The notes beneath the pieces are model-generated. The model saw nothing but the letters and a program-made list of their open reading frames with translations. It did not search any database and was not told the DNA's origin. 64,000 nucleotides of DNA from a virus, in the IMG/VR virus record IMGVR_UViG_3300013126_000014, positions 1 to 64,000 of that record; one strand, 5' to 3'. Position numbers and translations under genes: made by a program. Each line of letters opens with the position of its first letter. Within the stretch, counting starts at the first letter, position 1. This document shows positions 38,959-48,868 of this stretch, in pieces.

Positions 38959-39762
38959 ATGGCGGCTACCTTAGGCAGAAAACAGTTATCCTATAAAGAC
39001 AGAAAAGAAATTTATAGGACTACTCCTAATGTAATAGGATCATATAATCACGGAGTTGAGTCCAAATACAAAGATTTAATCAATTCGTTATCTAGAGCAG
39101 AGTATATAGAATACGAAGCATTACTACATACCTACGGTACACAGGGCCGTAAGAGACAAGTTATGTTAGACGTTTTTATAAAAAAAGGCATCACCGGATC
39201 CTTACTTGCACTAGCAAAAATCAGAGTGGACGACTTATACCTACATCAAAAATTAGTAGCTATGTTAAGACATCGATGGACTAGTATAGCTAAGATTAGA
39301 AAAGATAAAACTAATGCCAATCCTGACCAATTATGGATGAATATAGCTCGTGCTATTCAATCTCGCTGTTTATCCCACGGGCACGAATTATGGCATGAAT
39401 GGGTAGGTGCAGACGGAAGAATTCAATTAGTTAACTATTTAAAAACACTATATGATACTCAAAACGGGCTATGTGCTATATCTCGCGAAGAATTAAAATT
39501 ACAGTCTGGAAACAAAAAAACTAATCCCAATAAATGTTCACCTGACAGAAAAAATAGCAATAAAGGATATGTTCCTGGCAATATCTGGTTAGTTACTTGG
39601 TGGGTAAATTCAATGAAAATGGATGTACCGTTAATTACGTTCTGGAAAAGAATCGATCAGTTAGCTAATGTTAGAGAACTAAACAAGCAAGGAAAAAGGT
39701 ATAAGACTTATACACTACCACTAAATACTATTTTAAAGGACAAACAAAATGTTATAGATTGA
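38959..39762 (+). CDS. His-Me finger / HNH-like endonuclease with long N-terminal region
   Basis: C-terminal LY..QNGLCAIS...SPDR.NSNKGYVPGNIWLV..WVN.MK pattern. Confidence 0.75.
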   Translation: MAATLGRKQLSYKDRKEIYRTTPNVIGSYNHGVESKYKDLINSLSRAEYIEYEALLHTYGTQGRKRQVMLDVFIKKGITGSLLALAKIRVDDLYLHQKLVAMLRHRWTSIAKIRKDKTNANPDQLWMNIARAIQSRCLSHGHELWHEWVGADGRIQLVNYLKTLYDTQNGLCAISREELKLQSGNKKTNPNKCSPDRKNSNKGYVPGNIWLVTWWVNSMKMDVPLITFWKRIDQLANVRELNKQGKRYKTYTLPLNTILKDKQNVID

Positions 39763-40315
39763 ATATCGTTGTAAAGATGTAGTTTTTCATTTCAACAAAA
39801 AGCACTTAGAAGATTCCTCTGTACCTATGTGGGTACTCAAAAGCCATGGTGTTACATTTTACGTTAATCATGTAGACGCTAACATACCGTGGACAACAAA
39901 AGAAACTCCAGATAATCCAAGCACTAAAGGCAGTTTAAAGTTTAAAGACTGTAAGCTCGGTATTGACCGAGACAATAACGCTACACTTAGTAAGTTGGGC
40001 ATATTAGATAAACGTTTACCGCATCCGTTTATTGCTAATCGCGTCATTGCTAGTCGTAACAGTCAGTTCTACGTAGCACTTAAGACCGACGAATTCCAGC
40101 ACAGCGAAATCAAGTATGTTAGCGGCGGCTGTGGTAGCAGTTTCGTTATCTGTGATCTATTAGATAAGAATGAAGCCCTACTTGCGGCACTAAAGTACGC
40201 TGGACAGTTCAGGATGTTAACTCCAAATGAAAAGTATTACTTTGATTATGATACCGCTGAGATCATTTATGAGTATGATGACGAGGATCTAAACAATGAT
40301 GACGATTTGTATTAA
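39749..40315 (+). CDS. hypothetical protein with in-frame TAG at codon 3 (amber readthrough candidate)
   Basis: TAAATA (39722-39727), RBS AAAGGA, then ATG TTA TAG ATT GAA TAT CGT TGT AAA GAT... open and in frame with the tracked ORF 39827-40315. Confidence 0.7.
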
Positions 40316-40472
40316 GCATAACGAACTACGTGAGTTTCAGCATATAGTCAAGGAGCATAATATTAAGCATGGCCCGTTTCGTAAAGACTACAAGGGATAT
40401 ACTATAGACATATTAGAAGCGGGTCCGACTGAAACTTACTTTAGATTAAAATATGCTGAATTGACAAATTGA
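40296..40472 (+). CDS. small hypothetical protein (not in the ORF track)
   Basis: RBS GAGGA then MMTICIKHNELREFQHIVKEHNIKHGPFRKDYKGYTIDILEAGPTETYFRLKYAELTN*. Confidence 0.6.
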   Translation: MMTICIKHNELREFQHIVKEHNIKHGPFRKDYKGYTIDILEAGPTETYFRLKYAELTN

Positions 40473-40489
40473 TTATTTGATAGTATAAT
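40461..40489 (+). promoter_or_regulatory. consensus sigma70 early promoter
   Basis: TTGACA-N17-TATAAT exact match. Confidence 0.88.
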
Positions 40490-40518
40490 TGCGTTTCATT
40501 ATCTATAAGGAGTTAACT

Positions 40519-40833
40519 ATGACTTGGTATGTTGCAAAATACAAAAGTGTTAAACCTGCTTTTAGAGGTGGAGAAACTAACTACAATAAAATTAACGCTA
40601 CAAAGAAATATGTAGAATACTTTTTAGACATACAAGAAATGAATGCACTGCTTGTTGTTACTAAAAGTTTTGACGTTAAAATGGATTTACTTTATTGTTT
40701 AGATCGGGCAGAAAGTAAGAAACAATGGCACTTTAGACATCCTAACTTTGACAGAGATGATGCTAATACAATTTTGCAGTTAGTTAGAAACATTCCGTTT
40801 AAAAGTACTGTGGATTATACTGAAAAATACTAG
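40519..40833 (+). CDS. early hypothetical protein
   Basis: RBS TAAGGAG 7 nt before ATG 40519 (MTWYVAKYK...); ends in TAG just before a terminator. Confidence 0.8.
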   Translation: MTWYVAKYKSVKPAFRGGETNYNKINATKKYVEYFLDIQEMNALLVVTKSFDVKMDLLYCLDRAESKKQWHFRHPNFDRDDANTILQLVRNIPFKSTVDYTEKY

Positions 40834-40838
40834 CCTAC

Positions 40839-40864
40839 AAAAAAGCCCCGCAAGGGGCTTTTTT
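40839..40864. terminator. bidirectional terminator between the early gene and the major capsid gene
   Basis: AAAAAAGCCCC-GCAA-GGGGCTTTTTT. Confidence 0.92.
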
Positions 40865-40889
40865 GTTTTCATATCCTTTAAGATAAATC

Positions 40890-42062
40890 TTATTGGAATG
40901 ATAGGTTAGATACAGCGATTTCTTCTAAGTAGTCAGCTGCGTTACCTAGAGATGAAGCAGTGTTGCTTAACTCTACATAACCGTAACGTGTCATAAAGCC
41001 TACTACTGGTTCGAAAGTAGCTGGATCAAGAACAACACCACTGCTCATTAATGGTACGTATGGGCAGTAGAATGCTGCAGCGTCAGCTTCGCTAGAACCT
41101 TTGTAACCTACTAATACTGGTTTGTCGTCGGCAGCATAGCCGTCAACATAAACACGCATAGCACCGTTTAAAGTACCAACGAATTTAGTATTTGTAGGAG
41201 CTTCGAAAGTACCTTCTGTGCTACGAGCAAAAGCTGAAGTAGTTGCAGATTGAAGTACTGTTAAAGCAGCTGGACTTACAACTGCCCAGTTACCTGCGCC
41301 ACGACGTGTACGTTGAGCGATTAAGTTAGCTGCGCGGTTAATTAAAACAGCAAGAGCAGCGTGCTCGTCACCAACGAATGTAGCAGTACCAGATACTGTA
41401 GCTTGGTTGTATGTGTATGTTTGACCTGCTAAAGCACGTAATGATGAAAGGATCTCTTGATCGATTTCAACAGTAATTTCTTGTGCTAAAGCTGCCATGA
41501 TTTCAGCTTCAACATCTAAACCGTGCATAGATTGAGCATCTTGAGCTGCCTCAAATGTCCAACGTGCGCTTAGTTTACGTGTTTTAGCTTCAACAACTTG
41601 TTTCAAGATTTGAACGTTGATACGGTTGCCTGGAACACCTTCTAGTGTGCTAGTTGAACTAGCTTTACCAGCTGAAGTACCAGAGTAAGCAGTAGCAATC
41701 TTGAATGGGCTTAGTGCTTCATCACCAGCATATACTTGGTCGCCATCAGTAACAGCACCGCTGTTGTCTGCGTAACGTACACGTAATGTGTGGATTTGAG
41801 CCACTGGGCCAGTCATTGGTTGTACGCCAACGATTTCGTTAGCGATAACTGTTGGCATTACACGACGAATCACTGGAAGGATTACGCGGTTTAATGTTGC
41901 TACGTTACCTACTGCTGTAGCACCACTAGTTGCAGTTTCCATCAAATGCTTCTTAGTGTTTTCTAAAATTACAGCCATTGTTGTGCGTTTAGCACCTTGT
42001 AGACCTTCTAACAGGGCGTCTTTGGTCTCATTCCAACGGCCTTCTAATAGTTGGGTTGTCAT
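40890..42062 (-). CDS. gp23: major capsid protein (T4 gp23-like)
   Basis: IVGVQPMTGP, VEAKTRKL.ARWT.E.AQD....HGLD.EAE, EIDQEI, FYCPYVPL, P.VGFMTRYG. Confidence 0.97.
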   Translation of the reverse strand: MTTQLLEGRWNETKDALLEGLQGAKRTTMAVILENTKKHLMETATSGATAVGNVATLNRVILPVIRRVMPTVIANEIVGVQPMTGPVAQIHTLRVRYADNSGAVTDGDQVYAGDEALSPFKIATAYSGTSAGKASSTSTLEGVPGNRINVQILKQVVEAKTRKLSARWTFEAAQDAQSMHGLDVEAEIMAALAQEITVEIDQEILSSLRALAGQTYTYNQATVSGTATFVGDEHAALAVLINRAANLIAQRTRRGAGNWAVVSPAALTVLQSATTSAFARSTEGTFEAPTNTKFVGTLNGAMRVYVDGYAADDKPVLVGYKGSSEADAAAFYCPYVPLMSSGVVLDPATFEPVVGFMTRYGYVELSNTASSLGNAADYLEEIAVSNLSFQ

Positions 42063-42096
42063 TTTATATTTCTTCCTTTTATAAAAGTTTTTACTA

Positions 42097-43191
42097 CTAT
42101 TTTAGCCCTGCTAAACGTCTTAGTTCGATAACGTTGCTATCGGATTCGACGTCAGTTTTAGCAGATTTATCACCAGTTACTTCTTTACGGCTTTCAGCAA
42201 TCATCACTTTTTCAGCTTTGGCTGCCGGAGCATTGTTTAGAACAGCTGGTAGATACTTGTCGTATGCAGTTTGTAGTCTTTCTGTCTGCACACCCTCGAG
42301 TAAGCTAGCCATTACAGTTGCTTTCTCTTTATTTAATGTACTTAGCAATCCATTAAGTGTCTCTTTACGAGTAGCACTTTCTGTAATTACTCGAACTTCA
42401 CGTTCTTTAGACTCAACAAGAGCCTCTTTTTCAGCAATTACTTTTTTACTTTCAGCCAATGCTTGGTCTTTATCAGCAATAGTAGCTTGAAGTTTAGCAA
42501 TTTCTTTGTTCTCATTTAAGTGAGTAACAGCAAATTCGCTAGCAAATGCTTCAAATAGGCGACGACCAAACATGTTCTCGCGAGCAGTTTGGATATCTTC
42601 TTTAAGTTGAGCTAGTTCTGTGCCTAGATTCGTTGCTACTGATTCTTTAACAAGTTTAGCACTGCGAGTAATAAAGTCTTGTTGTAATTGAGCTAATTTA
42701 TCTTTAGCTTCAGCTACAAGTTTAACTTTAGTTTCGACTACAGCACGTTTATCTTGTTCAAACTCTTTGATTTCCTCAGCTAGCGCATGGATAACAAATT
42801 TCTCAAGTTTAGCAGTTGCTTCTTGTTGAACTTTGCGATCTACACGTAGTTCTTGGATTTCTTCGGCAAGTTTTTTAACCATAAAGTTATTAAACTTACC
42901 AGCAGATTCGACCATGTGTTGTTTAAACTTCACACGATCTTCTGCTAGAGCTTGTTTCTCTTCGGCGAACTCTTTAAGTTCGGCGGTAAGACTTTCAGTA
43001 ACCATCTTGTCTAGAGCTTCAACCATATTTTGTTTGTCATATTCGTAGCGACGAGCAAACTCTTCACGCAATTCAGCGCGAACAGATTCACGTGCTTCAT
43101 TAACTTGAGTTTCCCATGCTTCTGTAATAGCAGCTTGAGTCTCTTCGTTAATAATGCCACTTTCTAACAATGGTTTGATAGCATCTAACAT
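42097..43191 (-). CDS. gp22: prohead core scaffold protein (gp22-like)
   Basis: Coiled-coil Glu/Lys-rich, between protease and capsid genes; GRRLFEAF; ends RRLAGLK then TAG TAG TAA. Confidence 0.85.
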   Translation of the reverse strand: MLDAIKPLLESGIINEETQAAITEAWETQVNEARESVRAELREEFARRYEYDKQNMVEALDKMVTESLTAELKEFAEEKQALAEDRVKFKQHMVESAGKFNNFMVKKLAEEIQELRVDRKVQQEATAKLEKFVIHALAEEIKEFEQDKRAVVETKVKLVAEAKDKLAQLQQDFITRSAKLVKESVATNLGTELAQLKEDIQTARENMFGRRLFEAFASEFAVTHLNENKEIAKLQATIADKDQALAESKKVIAEKEALVESKEREVRVITESATRKETLNGLLSTLNKEKATVMASLLEGVQTERLQTAYDKYLPAVLNNAPAAKAEKVMIAESRKEVTGDKSAKTDVESDSNVIELRRLAGLK

Positions 43192-43200
43192 TGTGATCTC

Positions 43201-43839
43201 CTATTTAATTTTTAGATCTTTGATCAAGCGTGTTACTTGCTCTTTCAAATACTTCTGTACTCTTTGATCTGCGCCGGCCTCTTTGGCCATTTCGAATACC
43301 TTGGCACCGCCCTTCATATTCATCAGTCCTTCGTAAATCGCTGTTGGATACGCATTTGGTGCGCTAGGTTGCGCAACTACATCAACTGTGACAATTTCAA
43401 AATCGCTCACGCGACCATCACCTTCAACGTTACCACTGCCACGACTGCTAACGCCTAGTTTTACACCTGACTCTAACATAGTCTGTACTAATTGACCCAT
43501 CGGAGTAGGTAAAATCTTTAATTTACCAAAGCCATTAGGACCATCCATCCACATATCAGTAATCATGTGACTTACACGGTCTAGGTTAATTTTCAAATCA
43601 TCAGGGTGATCCACTTCGCCTAAAACGCTGTAGCCACCTTTAATTTGTTCATTAATTTGACTAACAGCTTTAGTGATCTCGTTTACCGGATACACACGTT
43701 CATTGTGATTTTTAACACCACCTTGAATGAATATACCTTTCATGTAACATGACTTGCTTTTGCCATCAGTTGAATCTTCTGTAAGAATCTCCATTCTGGC
43801 AGCATCGTATGTCAAGTTTTCTTTAAGATATAAAGCCAT
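43201..43839 (-). CDS. gp21: prohead protease (gp21-like)
   Basis: GIFIQG..KN.N.RVYP, GEVDHP, VSH.I, GVSSRGSG, DVVAQPSAPNAY. Confidence 0.95.
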   Translation of the reverse strand: MALYLKENLTYDAARMEILTEDSTDGKSKSCYMKGIFIQGGVKNHNERVYPVNEITKAVSQINEQIKGGYSVLGEVDHPDDLKINLDRVSHMITDMWMDGPNGFGKLKILPTPMGQLVQTMLESGVKLGVSSRGSGNVEGDGRVSDFEIVTVDVVAQPSAPNAYPTAIYEGLMNMKGGAKVFEMAKEAGADQRVQKYLKEQVTRLIKDLKIK

Positions 43840-43851
43840 TGCCTTTTCCTA

Positions 43852-44607
43852 TTATTCAGCTGTTTTAGCTTTTGGTGCAGCACTTAGTGATTTAGAACCA
43901 CCTGCTGTGTTTTGTACTTTACCAATTAGGTCGCCTTTTTTGCTAGCTGGAGCAACATCAGCACCTGCTTGACCTTGATTTAAGTTTTTCGCTGAGCCGC
44001 CCATGTCATTTTTACCAGCTACAGTTGATTTAGCATTAACGCTAGCATTTTTACCAGCACCTACTTCACCACCTTCACTTTTTTGGCCTTGGTCAGCAAC
44101 TTTTTCTACATATTCACGAACAATAGTTTCATCTAACTCTTCTTCGTCTTCTTCAGCTTCAAAAACTTCTTCTTCGGCGCCAACTTCTTCAGCACCTTCA
44201 TCGCCGTGGATACCTGGATAAACTTCTTCTTCGTGTTCTTCACCTGCCATTAAAGCATCAAATTCAGCTTTAAGTTCGTCAAGTGCATCTTCTAAAGAAT
44301 CTACACGTTCTTCAACATCACCGTGATGTTCTTCGTGCTCGTCTTCGTCACCACTATTATCAAAGTCCATATCAGAATCAGCTTCAACTTCCTCTGCTTC
44401 TTCCTCACTTAGACCTTCTTCGTCGCAGGTAACTTCGTCTACTAGTTCTTCAACTTCGTTGCCGCCAACTTCGTTTAAATCTTCTTCGTCGATAAGGCTT
44501 TCATAAATGTCGCGTGATTTTTCAACAACAATGTTGTGGAACAAGTCACGAGCCTTGTCTGTTTCATCATTAATGATGTGTTCAATTAACTGTTCGTATT
44601 TGTTCAT
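43852..44607 (-). CDS. highly acidic prohead core protein
   Basis: 251 aa, very Glu/Asp-rich, between portal and protease as T4 gp67/gp68 are. Confidence 0.7.
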   Translation of the reverse strand: MNKYEQLIEHIINDETDKARDLFHNIVVEKSRDIYESLIDEEDLNEVGGNEVEELVDEVTCDEEGLSEEEAEEVEADSDMDFDNSGDEDEHEEHHGDVEERVDSLEDALDELKAEFDALMAGEEHEEEVYPGIHGDEGAEEVGAEEEVFEAEEDEEELDETIVREYVEKVADQGQKSEGGEVGAGKNASVNAKSTVAGKNDMGGSAKNLNQGQAGADVAPASKKGDLIGKVQNTAGGSKSLSAAPKAKTAE

Positions 44608-44734
44608 GTGAACTCCTTAATATTAAGTTGTATAATTGATATACAAGTTATAGATATATCTTTGTAATGTTATTTACAATTTAGTTATAAAAATTAGGTT
44701 AAATGCGCTGTTTTTGATTCAAAATGGGAGATAA

Positions 44735-44956
44735 TTACGGGCCTTCGGTAGGTTCTGTAGGGGGTGCATATTGTTTTTGTACTTGTTCAAGTTCTTGTTC
44801 GTATTCAAGTTTACGTACATCATTCATAATACGCAAACGATTTAATTGTGCTAATGTTAATTTTGTTTTGCGGACATCGCCAAGTTTCACAGTAGTATTA
44901 TCATCTGTTTCTGTACGGTACCCAGGCAAATCTTCAAAGAATTCTAATAGTTTCAT
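44735..44956 (-). CDS. small head-module protein
   Basis: Start re-called at MKLLEFFE (ATG 5 nt after TAAATA); RKTKLTL.QLNRLR.M.DVR. Confidence 0.7.
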   Translation of the reverse strand: MKLLEFFEDLPGYRTETDDNTTVKLGDVRKTKLTLAQLNRLRIMNDVRKLEYEQELEQVQKQYAPPTEPTEGP

Positions 44957-44976
44957 ACGAGTATTTACCAAAATGT

Positions 44977-46728
44977 TTAAATTTCGCCTGCGGGTGCAGT
45001 ACTACCAACCGGACTAGGTGTTGCTTTAGGGGCCGTACCTGCTGAGCCTGCAGCGCCTGCGGCAATTGACCCTAATTGTCCTTCACCTTCTCCGGCGCCA
45101 CCTTTTGGTGTCGTTGGTTCAGGTGTTGCTACATTTTCTAAATCTGATTCAATTGCACCCGGTGTTACTCCAACTGCACGTAACCCAGTGTCTGGCGATT
45201 TAGCACTAGACTGCTCTGCATGTTCTTGATTCCACAATTCTGTATTGCGTGCCATTTCCTCTTCGCTCAGATCTAAATATCGTTCCATCAAGAAACGTTT
45301 ACTAAAATAAGGTAACTGCTCAAGTGCGCCGAACGAATTGATTCTCGATGTGTCAATTTCTGCCTGACGATACTTGGCAAAGTTCTGCGGTTCGTTAAAT
45401 CGCAATTCAAACAAGTTACCATCAATATTAATACCTCTCCAACGCATAAACATTTTAAATTCAGAATCTAATTTTTCAACAATTAAGTTCTGTAACCGTT
45501 TACAATATTGGTTAAATCGCCATTCTTGAATTAACGCAGTTGTGGTACGCCCGTCATTGTAAGCATGACTCCCGTCTTCTTCTCCTGTGGGCAAATAACT
45601 AGTTGGTATTTGCAATCCGCGGAATAATTTGTTTGTGAAATAGCGAAGGTCGGTTATCTCGCCTAAATTAGTACCGCCGGGCAATGTATCAACTTTCGAA
45701 CCGCGCCCGTCTGCTGTAACTGGAAAGAAATAATCTTCGTTAGTCGAAAGTGGATTGTAAGTAGCGTCCATCATATTTTGGCCGCCGCCTGTTTGCGTAG
45801 GTATGCGTCGTTGGTGGATTTCGTTCTTAATACGTTCAACAAATGCCATAGCCATGTGTGTTGGCATATTACCCACATCGATAGTAAATACTCGGCGCTC
45901 CGGTGCACGCTGTATACGATAAATGATAATAGCATCTTCAAGTAATTCTTTCTGTTTAAAAACTTTAAATACACTTTCTAAGATACTGTTACCAAAAGGC
46001 CAATTGATATCCAACCCTTCTGTCAGGCTAATATGTACAATATGTTCCGCATTAATCACGGCTTCGTTTTGCGCATGGCTAAATCTTGATCCACCGTTAA
46101 ATGGTGCGTTAGGTTGTATATAGGCGCCGCTTGGACCCCCTACCTGAGGATGATTTGCATATGTATCTGTGGCGCTGACCGCTGTAGCGGTTAAATTTTG
46201 AAAGTTAATGTTAAGATCTTTAATTAAATATTGCTCGGGTTCTTTGCCTTTTGCTTCATTAACGATAACTTTAGTAACTTTGTGCATCTCAGTCCAGTAC
46301 ATTTCAAACGTTTCGGGGTCTCGTAAAAACACTTGATCGCCGTACTTCAATACGTTGCGCACCAACTTAAACAATCGTTTGTTAAATTTGTTCAATGTTA
46401 CCCATTGTAACAATTGATCTTTAAGTATTTTAATTTCGTTGTCTGTGGGGTCATCTCTAAAATAAAGATCAAATCCTGTACCGTTTTCTACATTTGATTG
46501 AGTCATAAACTCAGCAATAATGTCTAGTGCAGCGTTAATTTCACTATCCATATCCATTTGTTCGTATTGGTTGTATCGCTCAACACGATTTGGATGGCCA
46601 ATATACACTTCAGGTAACTGGCTAGCAAAATTGCGATAGCCCATGTCAGTAGAGCTGTTATTTGCGCCGCTAATAGGACTCATTTGTCCGCTAGTATTTG
46701 CTGTCTTAAAGTACTTTTTCCATGCCAT
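44977..46728 (-). CDS. gp20: portal protein (gp20-like)
   Basis: LLEDAIIIYRIQRAPERRVF.IDVGNMP, EDYFFP, GSKVDTLPGG.NLGEI.D..YF..KL.RGL.IP. Confidence 0.96.
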   Translation of the reverse strand: MAWKKYFKTANTSGQMSPISGANNSSTDMGYRNFASQLPEVYIGHPNRVERYNQYEQMDMDSEINAALDIIAEFMTQSNVENGTGFDLYFRDDPTDNEIKILKDQLLQWVTLNKFNKRLFKLVRNVLKYGDQVFLRDPETFEMYWTEMHKVTKVIVNEAKGKEPEQYLIKDLNINFQNLTATAVSATDTYANHPQVGGPSGAYIQPNAPFNGGSRFSHAQNEAVINAEHIVHISLTEGLDINWPFGNSILESVFKVFKQKELLEDAIIIYRIQRAPERRVFTIDVGNMPTHMAMAFVERIKNEIHQRRIPTQTGGGQNMMDATYNPLSTNEDYFFPVTADGRGSKVDTLPGGTNLGEITDLRYFTNKLFRGLQIPTSYLPTGEEDGSHAYNDGRTTTALIQEWRFNQYCKRLQNLIVEKLDSEFKMFMRWRGINIDGNLFELRFNEPQNFAKYRQAEIDTSRINSFGALEQLPYFSKRFLMERYLDLSEEEMARNTELWNQEHAEQSSAKSPDTGLRAVGVTPGAIESDLENVATPEPTTPKGGAGEGEGQLGSIAAGAAGSAGTAPKATPSPVGSTAPAGEI

Positions 46729-46762
46729 ATTATGAGATCTCTTAGATAGTGTATTTAACCTT

Positions 46763-48868
46763 TTACATCGTGTGTTTTAATATTCCTGAGCTAATAGTAT
46801 TAGACTCTTTCATAGCCGATAGTATATTCTGTAACAGAGAATTATTTCTTTCTATTGAGTTTGTTAAAGCACTACTATCTAGCGAAACTGGTATTGTTCG
46901 ATTATCCGGTAGTGGCACTACTGCTTCGGTTCCGTGCAGTACTTCACCATACCCGCTGATAGGTCCGCTACTAATTCCGCCTTTTGCTTTACCTGTTGGT
47001 ATACCTACTGTAGGTGATGCAGCAGCTCCGAGCGTATTAAAATATTGTTCCCAAAATCCAACTTTGTTGCCTTCAACTGTCTTTCCGGTTAATGCTTTAG
47101 CATACATCTCCTTTGAAGGTCCTGTAAGCGATGAAACAATTTTTTGATCTTCGGATGTTTGCCCATTTATTAATCCCAATTCAATCAATTTGTCTCGAAA
47201 TCCAGCGAGTATTTCCGGTACATCGCTTGCAAATTTCTTCATTGGTCCAGTTAACATGTCTTGGATTCCAATTTTCATTTGTTGTAGAGCAACTACGCTT
47301 TCATTAATTGCACCAGTAAAATCATCATTGGTGTTAGTAGCATCTTCAGTATTTTTAATGCCTTTGCGCAGAGTATCAGAATTTAATTTCATTGTTTGCA
47401 TTAGCGTTTCGCTTGAAATACGTTGTATATCTGCAAATTCATCAGTTGCAGCGTTAGCTTGGCCAATAGCCATTAGTGATCTGTTCCCACCTCGTTGGAA
47501 CTCGTCTCCAAATCTAGCAAACGGTGTTACTATACCTTCTATGGTTTTTCCGCCCTGTTTGATTGCAGCAGCCGTAGCAATAGCAGGCTCTGCTAGCCCA
47601 GTGATATTAGCCGCAACATCCGGAACAACTCCATTAAGTACGTATGCTTGTTTGACAAATCTCTGCTGGTCGGCAGTCATTAATGACAGTGCAGCCTGTA
47701 CACGTTTAACAAGACCTGGATCATTTTGATCTTTAGCCTGTTGCATCAGCATACTCATAAAGTTATAGTCTTCAGTGGCGGCTTTAGCCTGTGCTATACG
47801 TTTACGTGCATCTTCACCGGTTATATTGCTAATCAATTTTAAGTTTTTTGCATATTCTGCTGTTGCTGATGCAATTTCTGCATTAGTTGCCCTAGCCCCA
47901 GTTCGTTTTAGATCAGAGATAATATCAATAGTCAATGCTGTTTGTTCTTCTATGCTATAACCCAACGAAAGCATTTCGTCTCTGAGAGTTTTTCCGCTAG
48001 TGCCCACTTGTTTAGTAAACAGCCCAGTGACACTACCCAACTTAGACGCTGCAGAAGTCATGGTTAACCCAGACTGGGCTAATATATCTGCATTGTCTGC
48101 AATAACCTTAGTGAATTGCTCTTGCGTTAATCCTGCCATACTCGATGTAGCTCGTAACTCTGTCAACCCATTGGCAAATAAAACTCCTGCACTAGTTGCC
48201 TGTTTAAAGCTATCGTAGGACTTTTCTACTTCTTTGCTTAATATTTCAGTTTTAAATTTTAAAAGCTCAGTACTTTTACTTGATACAAAATCAAGTATAC
48301 CCCCAGATAACATCAACAACGCACCCGCAACTTTGCTCGCAGGTGTAGGAATGGCCATTAGTGCTGCGCCAGTTGATTCCATACCACTGGCGGCTTTTTT
48401 ACTAGTCTGCGCTATACTATCATACATAGCGATTTGTAAATCTGCTGCAACTTTAAATGGACTATCACTGCCCAATGCGCTTTGTACACCTATTTTTAAT
48501 TGATTTATATAATAATTGGCAAATCCCTGCAATAAAGTAGTACCAAGTTTGCGTGCGCCGTCACTAATATTTGCCACGTATGCTTCTCTTGCCTGTGCTT
48601 CAATTCGATCAAGTGCGGCTTTCTTTTTAACTGAATCCTGTTGAAATTCTACAGAATCTTCTATCGCATCTTTGAGATTTTCTAACTCAGGTCCTATATC
48701 TTTGAGCTTTCGACTACCTCTATTGAGAGATTTATCAAGATTGGCAAATTGCTCAACTATACTTTTGATACTCCGACTAGCGAATTTGTCAAGTTGCAGG
48801 CCAGATTGCTTAAGCAGTTCGTTAAATTTGGCGAGTTCGTCGTTTGAATCATTAATAATATCAGACAT
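46763..48868 (-). CDS. probable tail tape measure protein
   Basis: 701 aa helical Ala/Gln-rich protein; C-terminal A.GGI.SGP..GY...LHGTEAVVPL; divergent from hub/chaperone genes. Confidence 0.65.
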   Translation of the reverse strand: MSDIINDSNDELAKFNELLKQSGLQLDKFASRSIKSIVEQFANLDKSLNRGSRKLKDIGPELENLKDAIEDSVEFQQDSVKKKAALDRIEAQAREAYVANISDGARKLGTTLLQGFANYYINQLKIGVQSALGSDSPFKVAADLQIAMYDSIAQTSKKAASGMESTGAALMAIPTPASKVAGALLMLSGGILDFVSSKSTELLKFKTEILSKEVEKSYDSFKQATSAGVLFANGLTELRATSSMAGLTQEQFTKVIADNADILAQSGLTMTSAASKLGSVTGLFTKQVGTSGKTLRDEMLSLGYSIEEQTALTIDIISDLKRTGARATNAEIASATAEYAKNLKLISNITGEDARKRIAQAKAATEDYNFMSMLMQQAKDQNDPGLVKRVQAALSLMTADQQRFVKQAYVLNGVVPDVAANITGLAEPAIATAAAIKQGGKTIEGIVTPFARFGDEFQRGGNRSLMAIGQANAATDEFADIQRISSETLMQTMKLNSDTLRKGIKNTEDATNTNDDFTGAINESVVALQQMKIGIQDMLTGPMKKFASDVPEILAGFRDKLIELGLINGQTSEDQKIVSSLTGPSKEMYAKALTGKTVEGNKVGFWEQYFNTLGAAASPTVGIPTGKAKGGISSGPISGYGEVLHGTEAVVPLPDNRTIPVSLDSSALTNSIERNNSLLQNILSAMKESNTISSGILKHTM

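Noticed and set aside
38942-38960. tRNA-associated HDV-like (theta) ribozyme after the tRNAs
   Set aside because: Only 3 nt separate the tRNAs and 17 nt precede the next ORF; no nested pseudoknot pattern could be identified by eye.
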